DNA of 64,000 nt from Prosthecobacter sp. (GTDB taxonomy: Bacteria; Verrucomicrobiota; Verrucomicrobiia; Verrucomicrobiales; Verrucomicrobiaceae), in assembly GCA_044345155.1 (NCBI GenBank), contig JBIJBP010000001.1, positions 58,800-122,799 on the forward strand, written 5' to 3'. A model generated the notes under the pieces. It searched no databases. It was not told the DNA's origin and was given only the letters and a program-made list of their open reading frames with translations. The position numbers and the translations under genes were made by a program. Positions 1 through 7,316 of this stretch are shown here, in pieces. How positions within the stretch are numbered: the stretch's first letter is position 1; the number at the start of each line of letters is the position of its first letter.

Positions 1-746
1 TTCATCTCGGCGCCCTCATCGCCATCCCCTACTCCTACCAGGCGCCGCGCAGCTACGTGCGGGCCAACATCGAGGGCACCCTCAACGTGCTGCAGGCCGC
101 CCTCGAAGAAGGCGCCCGGCGTGTGCTCCACACCTCCACCAGCGAAGTCTACGGCACCGCCCTCTTCGTGCCCATCACGGAGGAGCACCCCCTGCAGGGC
201 CAGTCCCCCTACTCCGCCTCCAAGATCGGCGCGGACAAGATGGCCGAGGCCTTTGCCGCCTCCTTTGAGCTGGAGGTCGTGACAGTGCGCCCCTTCAACA
301 CCTTCGGCCCCCGCCAGAGCATGCGCGCGGTGATCCCCACCATCATCAGCCAGTGCCTGCGTGGAAACGAGGTCCGCCTCGGCGCCGTCAGCCCCACCCG
401 CGACCTCAACTTCGTCCAGAACACGGTCGAGGGCTTCTGCGCGGCAGCCCTCGCCCCGGAGGCCGCCGGCCAGAGCATCAACTTTGGTTCGGGCCGCGAA
501 ATCAGCGTCGGCGACCTCGCCCTTCTCATCGGCAGGATGTGCGGCAAGGAGGTCGAAATCCTTTGTGAACAGGAGCGCCTGCGCCCCGGCAAGAGCGAGG
601 TCGAACGCCTGCTGGCCTGCAACAAAAAGGCCCAGGCCCTGACCGGCTGGACACCGCGCGTCGCTCTTGAGGAGGGCCTGGAAAAGACCATCGCCTGGAT
701 GCAGGAGAACGCCCAACACTACCAGGCCAAAGGCTATGTCGTCTGA
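1..746 (+). CDS. NAD-dependent epimerase/dehydratase (extended SDR), 5'-truncated by the window edge
   Basis: The reading frame is open from base 3 (HLGALIAIPYSYQAPRSYVRANIEGTLNVLQAA...). Catalytic YxxxK is present (YSASKIGADK). TVRPFNTFGPRQ and the C-terminal layout are typical of sugar-nucleotide 4,6-dehydratase/epimerase enzymes. Stop codon at 744-746. Confidence 0.8.
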   Translation, partial: HLGALIAIPYSYQAPRSYVRANIEGTLNVLQAALEEGARRVLHTSTSEVYGTALFVPITEEHPLQGQSPYSASKIGADKMAEAFAASFELEVVTVRPFNTFGPRQSMRAVIPTIISQCLRGNEVRLGAVSPTRDLNFVQNTVEGFCAAALAPEAAGQSINFGSGREISVGDLALLIGRMCGKEVEILCEQERLRPGKSEVERLLACNKKAQALTGWTPRVALEEGLEKTIAWMQENAQHYQAKGYVV

Positions 747-1893
747 GCCCGCCTTCATTCCGCTGAGCGTGCCCCATCTGGCGGGCAACGAATGGACCTA
801 CATCAAGGACTGCCTCGACACCGGCTGGGTGTCCTCCGTGGGTTCTTATGTGACGCGTTTTGAAAACGACCTGGCCGGGGCTGCCGGCACCCGGCACGCC
901 GTGGCCACCAACTGCGGCACCGCCGCGCTGCACGTCTCCATGCTGGTCGCCGGAGTCCGGCCCGGAGACGAGGTGCTGGTCTCGTCGATGACCTTCATCG
1001 CCCCTGTCAATGCGATCCGTTATGCCAATGCCGTACCAGTGCTGGTGGATGCCGAACCCGTGCACTGGCAGATGGATGTCAGCCAGGTGAAGTCCTTCCT
1101 GACCACCGGCTGCGAACGCCGGGCGGACGGTGTTTTCAACCGAACCACGGGACGCAGGGTCTCGGCCATCATACCCGTTCACATCCTCGGCCACCCCGTG
1201 GACATGGATTCCCTCATGGCCCTGGCCGCTGAATTCAACCTGACCGTCATCGAGGACGCCACGGAAAGCCTGGGCAGCCTGTACCGGGGCCGTCCCGTCG
1301 GTGGCATCGGCCACCTGGGCTGCTACAGCTTCAACGGCAACAAGATCATCACCACCGGCGGCGGCGGCATGATCGTCACCAACGACGAAACCCTCGCCCA
1401 AAAGGCGCGCTACCTCACCACTCAGGCCAAGGACGACCCGCAGGAATACATCCATCACGAAGTCGGCTACAACTACCGCCTCACCAACATCCAGGCCGCC
1501 TTCGGCTGCGCCCAGATGGAGGCGCTGGCGGGCCATGTCAGGCGTCGGCGCGAGATCCATGCGCTCTACCGGAAGCGGCTCGCGGGCACTCCGGGGCTGC
1601 AGTTTCAGGCCGAGGCCGAGGGCGTCGTCAGCAACTGCTGGTTGACCACCGTGCGTGTCGCCCCCGCAGCGTTCGGCAGCACCGCCCGCGAGCTTCGCGA
1701 GCGGCTGAAGGCGGCGCGCATCGAGGCCCGTCCGCTCTGGCAGCCCGGCCACCTCTCACCCGCACACCAGGACGCCGTGAAGCTCCCCTGCCCGGTGGCG
1801 GAGGATCTTTTCGAAAACTGCCTTTCCCTGCCCTCCTGCTCGTCCTCCAGCGACGAGGACATCGAACGCGTCTGCGCCGTCATCGCCGGCTGA
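736..1893 (+). CDS. DegT/DnrJ/EryC1/StrS-family PLP-dependent sugar aminotransferase (LegC/PseC-like N-terminus)
   Basis: ATG at 736 gives MSSEPAFIPLSVPHLAGNEWTYIKDCLDTGWVSSVGSYVTRFENDLA. The PLP-lysine context is SFNGNKIITTGGGGMIV. YNYRLTNIQAA is also present. The start overlaps the upstream stop by 11 nt (ATGTCGTCTGA). Confidence 0.9.
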   Translation: MSSEPAFIPLSVPHLAGNEWTYIKDCLDTGWVSSVGSYVTRFENDLAGAAGTRHAVATNCGTAALHVSMLVAGVRPGDEVLVSSMTFIAPVNAIRYANAVPVLVDAEPVHWQMDVSQVKSFLTTGCERRADGVFNRTTGRRVSAIIPVHILGHPVDMDSLMALAAEFNLTVIEDATESLGSLYRGRPVGGIGHLGCYSFNGNKIITTGGGGMIVTNDETLAQKARYLTTQAKDDPQEYIHHEVGYNYRLTNIQAAFGCAQMEALAGHVRRRREIHALYRKRLAGTPGLQFQAEAEGVVSNCWLTTVRVAPAAFGSTARELRERLKAARIEARPLWQPGHLSPAHQDAVKLPCPVAEDLFENCLSLPSCSSSSDEDIERVCAVIAG

Positions 1894-2580
1894 TCACAGC
1901 CGCCGGCGAATTCTTTCCACGTCCTCCATCGTCAGGAGCGAAGCCTTGCGGCGAACCTTGCCTTGATGCTTGTCCAGCAGCCAGTCCCGCCAGCGAGGCC
2001 GCTGGGAGGCGGGAAAACGCACCACGTCGTTGTCCAGCCACACCAGGGCGTCCTCCTCACGCCCGGACCAGAGCACGTTGTCCGGATGCACGTCCAGGTG
2101 CAGCAGCCCTGCATCCAGCATCCTCACCAGGTCGCTAACATACTTTTCAAAAAAAACCTCTCTCCTGCCTCCGGCCGCCTCACGCTCATGGAGGAAGCTG
2201 TTGCCACCGGTCAGGCCTTCCAGAAAGTCCGCGACAAAGATCGAATCGACCCAGGAGAGCAGGTTCCAGTTCCGCAGCCAGCGCCTGGGCTGAGGCACCC
2301 GGATGCCCGCCTCCTGAAGCAGCAGGGCCGACTCATACTCGCGCCGGGCGATGTTCTTCCAGCACATGCGGATGAAGTCCTTGTACTTCAGCCGGTTGAT
2401 GACCTTCACCGCCAGGCTTTCGCGCCCGTCATCCACCTTGTAGAGCATGGCGGAGCGCCGTTTTGACACCAGATCGACCCTGCGAGGATCATCCTTCGGC
2501 GGCAACTGGACACGAAGGTTGAAAAAACCCCGCACCGGCACCGGCAGCTGGAACACATCCTGAGTTGGATCCTGATTCAT
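1894..2580 (-). CDS. Lipopolysaccharide kinase (Kdo/WaaP/InaA)-family protein kinase-like protein
   Basis: 228 aa with an ATG start. Kinase-like catalytic loop LLHLDVHPDNVLW followed by LDND. An upstream lysine sits in LAVKVI. Its stop codon abuts the stop of the convergent aminotransferase gene (1893/1894). Confidence 0.7.
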   Translation of the reverse strand: MNQDPTQDVFQLPVPVRGFFNLRVQLPPKDDPRRVDLVSKRRSAMLYKVDDGRESLAVKVINRLKYKDFIRMCWKNIARREYESALLLQEAGIRVPQPRRWLRNWNLLSWVDSIFVADFLEGLTGGNSFLHEREAAGGRREVFFEKYVSDLVRMLDAGLLHLDVHPDNVLWSGREEDALVWLDNDVVRFPASQRPRWRDWLLDKHQGKVRRKASLLTMEDVERIRRRL

Positions 2581-2720
2581 CTCAGGTTCATCCTAGGCCG
2601 TGTTTGAAAACCTGCCAGCGACGATCCGGCGAAGCAGGACGGCCATCTCGCCCCATGATCAACCGAAGGCCAGCCCCCCAATGAAGGACGCCTGGAAATC
2701 GGAAAAGGCATGCGCTGTCC

Positions 2721-4904
2721 TCACCTCGCGGCCGCTTTTTCAATGAGCTGCAGAAACTCACCCCGATAACCAAGGGCATCCTCTCCCTTGCCTTCACGGG
2801 CCAGCCGCCGGACCAGGTCCCAGCTCAGCTGTCCGGCATGCGGGGATTCGCGCAAGAGCAGTCCAAAGCCTGCCACGGCGGCGGTGAACTTGAATTCCCT
2901 GCCCGCCTTTTCGACAGGCCGCTCATCATCCTTCAGCGCCACTTCAACGAGCCTGCTGACATTCCCCTCGGGCTCCTTGTAGCGCACCTTCACAGTCAGC
3001 GCCTCAAGGCTGCCCGCAGCAGAGCCGGACGGAGAAGGCGGGGCCGCAAGGCGGATTTCCTCAGGCTGATACTTCAACCTGTCCACCAACGGCCTCGTTT
3101 CAGCCCCCGGTGGCAGCCCCGCAGGCACGAGCTCATAAAGCGCCACGACGCTGTGCCCGGCGCCGACATCACCGGCATCCTTGCCGTCGTCATTGAAATC
3201 CTCCTTCGCCAGCAGGCGGTTTTCATAGCCGATCAGACGATACTCACGCACTGCGGCGGGATTGAACTCCACCTGCACCTTCACATCCTTGGCCACGGTC
3301 ACCAGCGTGCCCTGCATCTGCTCCACCAGCACCTTCCTGGCTTCGCTGACGCTGTCGATGAGGGCATACGCGCCGTTGCCCTTGTCGGCCAGGGTTTCCA
3401 GGGTGCGGTCCTTGAGGTTGCCTGAGCCGAAGCCAAGCACGCTCAGGAACACGCCGCTGCGCGCCTGGTCGGCAATGAAGTCCGCCAGCTCCTTGGGATT
3501 GCTGATGCCGACATTGAAATCCCCGTCGGTGCACAGGATGACCCGGTTGACACCGCCCTGGATGAAGCCGGCCACCGCCTGCTCGTAGGCCAGCCTGATT
3601 CCGGCGCTTCCATGCGTGCTTCCCCCGGCATGAAGGCGGTCCACGGCAGCCAGAACCTCCGCCTTTTTCAAGCCGTTCGTAGAAGGCAGCACCACCTCGG
3701 TGCCGCCGGCATAGGTCACCATGGCGACACGGTCCGCCTCGCCCAGCTGTTCCACCAGCATGCGCAGGCTGCGCTGCACCAGGGGCAGCTTGTCCTCGCT
3801 GTTCATCGAACCGGACACATCGACGAGAAACACCAGGTTGCCGGGCCTGCTGCCCGTCGGCACATCGCGTGCCTTCAGATGGATCCTCGCCAGCCTGTGC
3901 TGAGACTGCCAGGGACACGCGGCCATCTCGGCCTTCACCAGGATCGGATGCACGGCATCCAGCGTCGGCCCGGGCTCCGGGGATGGAAAGTAGTTGATCA
4001 GCTCTTCAATCCGCACGGCCTCCCGGGGAGGACGGATGCCCTGGTTGAGGAACCGGCGCACATTCGCGTAAGACGCCGTGTCCACATCGGTGGAAAACGT
4101 GGAGAGCGGTTCGCGGACAACGCTGACAAGGGGGTTTTCGACAACTGGGGAATATTCCTCCGTGCTCCTGGTTTCCCGGCGCATGTGGCTGCCGTGGACC
4201 TCCTCCTTGTCGAGAAGCCCCAGGGAGGTCGTGGAATCAGCTCCTGGTTGAAGCCCCCTGCCAATAGCACCCGAAGCGGCAGGCCCGGCCGCAAGCGTCA
4301 TGGTTTCGGCCATCAGGTTCGACGCTTTCAGAACTGGTGGCGGAGGCGGCGAGGCGGGCCTGGCTGTGGCAGCCAGGGCTGGCACGGCAGCTGGGCTGCC
4401 AGAGGGCTCCGTGAGAAGGATCGAAGCCGCCGATGGAGCCTTCCCCGGCATGGGCGGCGCACCGATGGACTTGGCGACGTCGGAATTGCTGCGCTTCTCT
4501 CCCGAGATCCTGACCACCTCCGACGGGTCCGGCACATGTTCCAGCCCTGCATCGCGAACGGATTGGGAAAGGTGAAGCGCGGCCAGGCTGCCCAGGACTA
4601 TGACCGCCGCAGCGGCGGCCATTGGAATGGCGGGGCGCTGGAACCAGCGCAGGGGGCGTGGCTGGAAGGGGGTGACCATCCTTGGCTGGCCGTTTGACCG
4701 GGCGGCCAGAATCGCAGCCCGCTGGGCAGGCTTCAGGGCCAGGTTCCCGTCCATCAGCTCACGGCTGAGAAAGTCACAGAAGGACCGGGTCGAACGCGCA
4801 TCCTCCTGCGTCTTCGCATCGGTGCCGAGCGCGGCTTCGGCGGCGGCACGGTCTTCCGGGCTGAGTTCATCCAGGGCCCAGGCGGTGAGGTCTTCAGGTT
4901 TCAT
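2721..4904 (-). CDS. Membrane-spanning anti-sigma factor fused to a YfbK-like von Willebrand factor A module
   Basis: 727 aa, starting 25 nt downstream of the ECF sigma gene. The N-terminus is anti-sigma-like (MKPEDLTAWALDELSPEDRAAAEAAL). One TM segment (AIPMAAAAAVIVLGSLAALHL) is followed by a P/A/S linker. Next comes the YfbK N-terminal pattern (LSTFSTDVDTASYANVRRFLNQGIRPP...VRIEELINYF). The VWA MIDAS motif is LVFLVDVSGSM. The C-terminus is DUF3520-like. Confidence 0.8.
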   Translation of the reverse strand: MKPEDLTAWALDELSPEDRAAAEAALGTDAKTQEDARSTRSFCDFLSRELMDGNLALKPAQRAAILAARSNGQPRMVTPFQPRPLRWFQRPAIPMAAAAAVIVLGSLAALHLSQSVRDAGLEHVPDPSEVVRISGEKRSNSDVAKSIGAPPMPGKAPSAASILLTEPSGSPAAVPALAATARPASPPPPPVLKASNLMAETMTLAAGPAASGAIGRGLQPGADSTTSLGLLDKEEVHGSHMRRETRSTEEYSPVVENPLVSVVREPLSTFSTDVDTASYANVRRFLNQGIRPPREAVRIEELINYFPSPEPGPTLDAVHPILVKAEMAACPWQSQHRLARIHLKARDVPTGSRPGNLVFLVDVSGSMNSEDKLPLVQRSLRMLVEQLGEADRVAMVTYAGGTEVVLPSTNGLKKAEVLAAVDRLHAGGSTHGSAGIRLAYEQAVAGFIQGGVNRVILCTDGDFNVGISNPKELADFIADQARSGVFLSVLGFGSGNLKDRTLETLADKGNGAYALIDSVSEARKVLVEQMQGTLVTVAKDVKVQVEFNPAAVREYRLIGYENRLLAKEDFNDDGKDAGDVGAGHSVVALYELVPAGLPPGAETRPLVDRLKYQPEEIRLAAPPSPSGSAAGSLEALTVKVRYKEPEGNVSRLVEVALKDDERPVEKAGREFKFTAAVAGFGLLLRESPHAGQLSWDLVRRLAREGKGEDALGYRGEFLQLIEKAAAR

Positions 4905-4929
4905 GTCTAAAAATAAGTTAGGGGTGTCC

Positions 4930-5484
4930 TTAGTGCGCCGGCACCGGCTGAAGGGGCTGCTCCTGCCGGGCCTCCATCTCCCGCCACTTCTGCCGCAGGG
5001 CCTGCACGCCGTGGTGGATCAGGTAGCCGACGTTGCCGATGCTCGTCTTCATCACCCGGCTCATCTCCTTGTAGTCGAGCCCTGCGATGAACTTCAAGGT
5101 CACCGCCTCCCGCTGACGGGCGGGAAGCTGTTCGATCAGCAGACGCAGCGCGGCGGCGTTCTCCCTGGACTCCATGGCCTCCCCGGGCAGCGCCTCCTCC
5201 GAGCTCTCCAGGTCCAGAACCGCCACCTCCGTGACCACCAGCCGCGCGCGCTTTCGCTGAAAATCGAGCGCCCGGTTTTTGCAGACGGTGAAGAGCCAGG
5301 GGGCCAGCTTCTCCACCTCCGGAAGCCTTTCCTGCTGACTGAGCCGCAGGAAGGTGTCCTGAACCACGTCCCTGGCCTCCTCAAGATCACCCGTAAAATT
5401 CAGGGCGTAGCGGATCAGCGGTCGCTCATAACGCTCCAGGGCAGCGAGGAGAAGGGTTTGGGCTTCGTCGTTCGTGGGCTGCAT
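4930..5484 (-). CDS. ECF-subfamily RNA polymerase sigma-70 factor
   Basis: Region 2 (ARDVVQDTFLRL...WLFTVCKNRALDFQRK) and region 4 HTH (LPARQREAVTLKFIAGLDYKEMSRVMKTSIGNVGYLIHHGVQALR) are present. ATG at 5484 is preferred over the GTG at 5490 used by the ORF track. Confidence 0.9.
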   Translation of the reverse strand: MQPTNDEAQTLLLAALERYERPLIRYALNFTGDLEEARDVVQDTFLRLSQQERLPEVEKLAPWLFTVCKNRALDFQRKRARLVVTEVAVLDLESSEEALPGEAMESRENAAALRLLIEQLPARQREAVTLKFIAGLDYKEMSRVMKTSIGNVGYLIHHGVQALRQKWREMEARQEQPLQPVPAH

Positions 5485-5700
5485 GATCACAGGTCATGAC
5501 GCGGAGATGGCGGCCTTCTTGGGAATGGTCTTCGGCATTTTTCCAGATTCCTTCCTTCGGCACCAGGCTGCCCCTTTTGCACCGAAACTTTTAAAAACCT
5601 GCACGGCTGCCCATCCCCCCACCCCGTGCCTTGGATGTCCTCAGTTGAAAGCGCAGAAAGGGGCCACCGGGGATTTTCGCAACCCAAGGTAGGCTCAATC

Positions 5701-5810
5701 AACCCAAGTAAATTTTATAGAAATTTTAGAAATCCGAAAAATTATCCTTGCCATATAATTTATATTTTATAAAATATTTATGAAAATCGAAATCAAATCG
5801 ATCCACCATT
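5701..5810. promoter_or_regulatory. AT-rich divergent intergenic island with a candidate -10 box, direct repeats and a perfect 16-bp palindrome
   Basis: 24 G/C in 110 nt (about 22% GC, counted by hand) within an otherwise high-GC window. TATAAT at 5754-5759 (+). AAATTTTA at 5710-5717 and 5721-5728, 11 bp apart. ATATTTTATAAAATAT at 5762-5777 is its own reverse complement. Confidence 0.4.
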
Positions 5811-6554
5811 ATGAAGAAGCTCATCCTCCTCCTGAATGACTACCCTTCCACGGGCAAGAGCACTCTCGCCCGTTGCTTCAGCCACTACCTGAACCGCTTC
5901 GGCGTTTCTCACCAGCTCAAAACCCTGGTCGAGGAAACTGAATCGGATGACGATGACAGCCTGCTCGATGCCAGCAGGATCACTCCGCGATCGTTCCTGG
6001 AAATAGTGGACGAAAGTCCCATCACGGTCCTGGAAGTCTCCACCGGCCAGGGAGATTTCTTCGGGAAGTTTTATACCAACCATTCCTTGGAAGCCCTTCT
6101 GGACGAGGCAGGCGTGAGCCTTTCCGTCGTCCTCCCCGTATCCAGCGAGAGTGAGAGCTTTGACTCGGTCATCGAGGCGGCCGAAATCTACTCCGACCAC
6201 GCGGAATACCTGATCGCCCACCTCGTCACCAGCAGTTATGAGGACGACGACAAGGTCTGGGACCGCAGTTATGCCGCCCGGGTCATGGACATGTTCGAAG
6301 CCGTCGAACTGCACATCCCCGAAGTCGGTTTTCAGATCGAACATGACCTCCACGCCCGCCATCTGGAGCTCTCCGAAGTGCTCCTGGACACCTCACTTCA
6401 GGAAAGCCTGGGCAAGGATTTCACCAAATGGCAGGACCGCGTGCTTGGCCAGGTGGAAAGCGCCCGCCAGTACCTGTTTGGCGAAGCTTTCAGGCCGACC
6501 TTGCAGCCCAGGCCGCTGGCCAAGAAAGGCCGGACCAAGGCGCGCAGCCTCTAA
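5811..6554 (+). CDS. Hypothetical acidic protein with a deviant P-loop (ParA/MinD-superfamily-like layout)
   Basis: 247 aa with an ATG start directly after the AT-rich island. The N-terminal strand plus P-loop is KKLILLLNDYPSTGKSTLARCF. The candidate Walker B is PITVLEVSTGQG. The composition is strongly acidic. I recognise no confident family. Confidence 0.55.
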   Translation: MKKLILLLNDYPSTGKSTLARCFSHYLNRFGVSHQLKTLVEETESDDDDSLLDASRITPRSFLEIVDESPITVLEVSTGQGDFFGKFYTNHSLEALLDEAGVSLSVVLPVSSESESFDSVIEAAEIYSDHAEYLIAHLVTSSYEDDDKVWDRSYAARVMDMFEAVELHIPEVGFQIEHDLHARHLELSEVLLDTSLQESLGKDFTKWQDRVLGQVESARQYLFGEAFRPTLQPRPLAKKGRTKARSL

Positions 6555-6714
6555 AGCCCCCTGCACTCATCCACCAAGCCAACTGCGGAGCGGCGTCTGG
6601 ATTTCCCCAGGCGCCGCCCTGCATTGGGTGCCCTGCAAGTTCCTGCTTGTGCATAAAACGTTGCCATGCCAAACACCTCCCGCTCCAAATGGCCGTTGCC
6701 AGCCGTCACCGGCA

Positions 6715-7104
6715 ATGTTAGTGCAGATCATGATGTTATTTCAGCGCTCCAAGCTCTCCAGAGGACTGACGATTCTGGAGTCCCTGGTCGTGCTCTTTAC
6801 CTCGGTTCTCCTGATCATCACCGTTGTCCCCGTAGCCCTCGTGCAGATGGGAATTTACAAGCTGCCCGAACCTGAGATTACCCCCAAGCCGATCATCATC
6901 AATGGCAGGGAGGTGGTCGATAAAAACCCGCAGCCCTCACCGGCTTCAAACCAGGCACCGATGCCTTCACCTGCCTCGCCATCCCCGCTGCCTGCCCCCA
7001 AAGCGCCGGAATCTCCCAAGCCCCCCGTCGCTTCCCAGTCGGACAAGCCCGTGGCTCCTGCAAAGGTGGAACCCTCTCCCGCCAGTGCATCCACCAAGCC
7101 CTGA
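6715..7104 (+). CDS. Prepilin-type N-terminal cleavage/methylation-like protein with a proline-rich C-terminal tail
   Basis: MLVQIMMLFQRSKLSRGLTILESLVVLFTSVLLIITVV has the class III signal pattern G|LTILE with Glu at +5, followed by a hydrophobic helix. The tail is PQPSPASNQAPMPSPASPSPLPAPKAPESPKPP. Alternative ATGs lie at 6730 and 6733. Only the distal part of track ORF 6238..7104 is accepted. Confidence 0.5.
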   Translation: MLVQIMMLFQRSKLSRGLTILESLVVLFTSVLLIITVVPVALVQMGIYKLPEPEITPKPIIINGREVVDKNPQPSPASNQAPMPSPASPSPLPAPKAPESPKPPVASQSDKPVAPAKVEPSPASASTKP

Positions 7105-7240
7105 GCCGGGGGCTTGAAATGCAGGTCCTGGCCCTGAAAAGCGCCGAAAACACATCCTCCGCCTCGGAGTGCCGTCATCGAAGTCAAAGCATGGCATCCT
7201 CGGCCAGCCCTTCGCCTGAAGATGAGCCGCCCCGCCCTTG

Positions 7241-7256
7241 TGGCACTGGCACTGCT
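7241..7256 (+). promoter_or_regulatory. Sigma-54-type -24/-12 promoter-like motif upstream of lepA
   Basis: TGGCACtggcaCTGCT. GG (7242-7243) and GC (7254-7255) have the canonical 12-nt register of TGGCAC-N5-TTGC. The motif lies 61 nt upstream of the lepA ATG in the correct orientation. Confidence 0.35.
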
Positions 7257-7316
7257 TGACCCCTCCCCCCGTCGCGGCTACTAGCTCCGCCCCCAAACCG
7301 CCGCCCGTTTCCCCGG

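Noticed and set aside
5491-5700. ECF-type autoregulatory promoter (GGAAC-N16-CGT-like) upstream of the sigma factor gene
   Set aside because: Only a weak GGAAT...GACC arrangement is present on the transcribed strand. It is not close enough to any ECF consensus to report as a feature.
6238-6714. Upstream 159 codons of track ORF 6238..7104
   Set aside because: This part overlaps the 3' half of the P-loop gene in another frame and translates to Arg/Pro/Ser-rich sequence. Only the distal portion, beginning at the prepilin-like N-terminus (6715), looks genuine.
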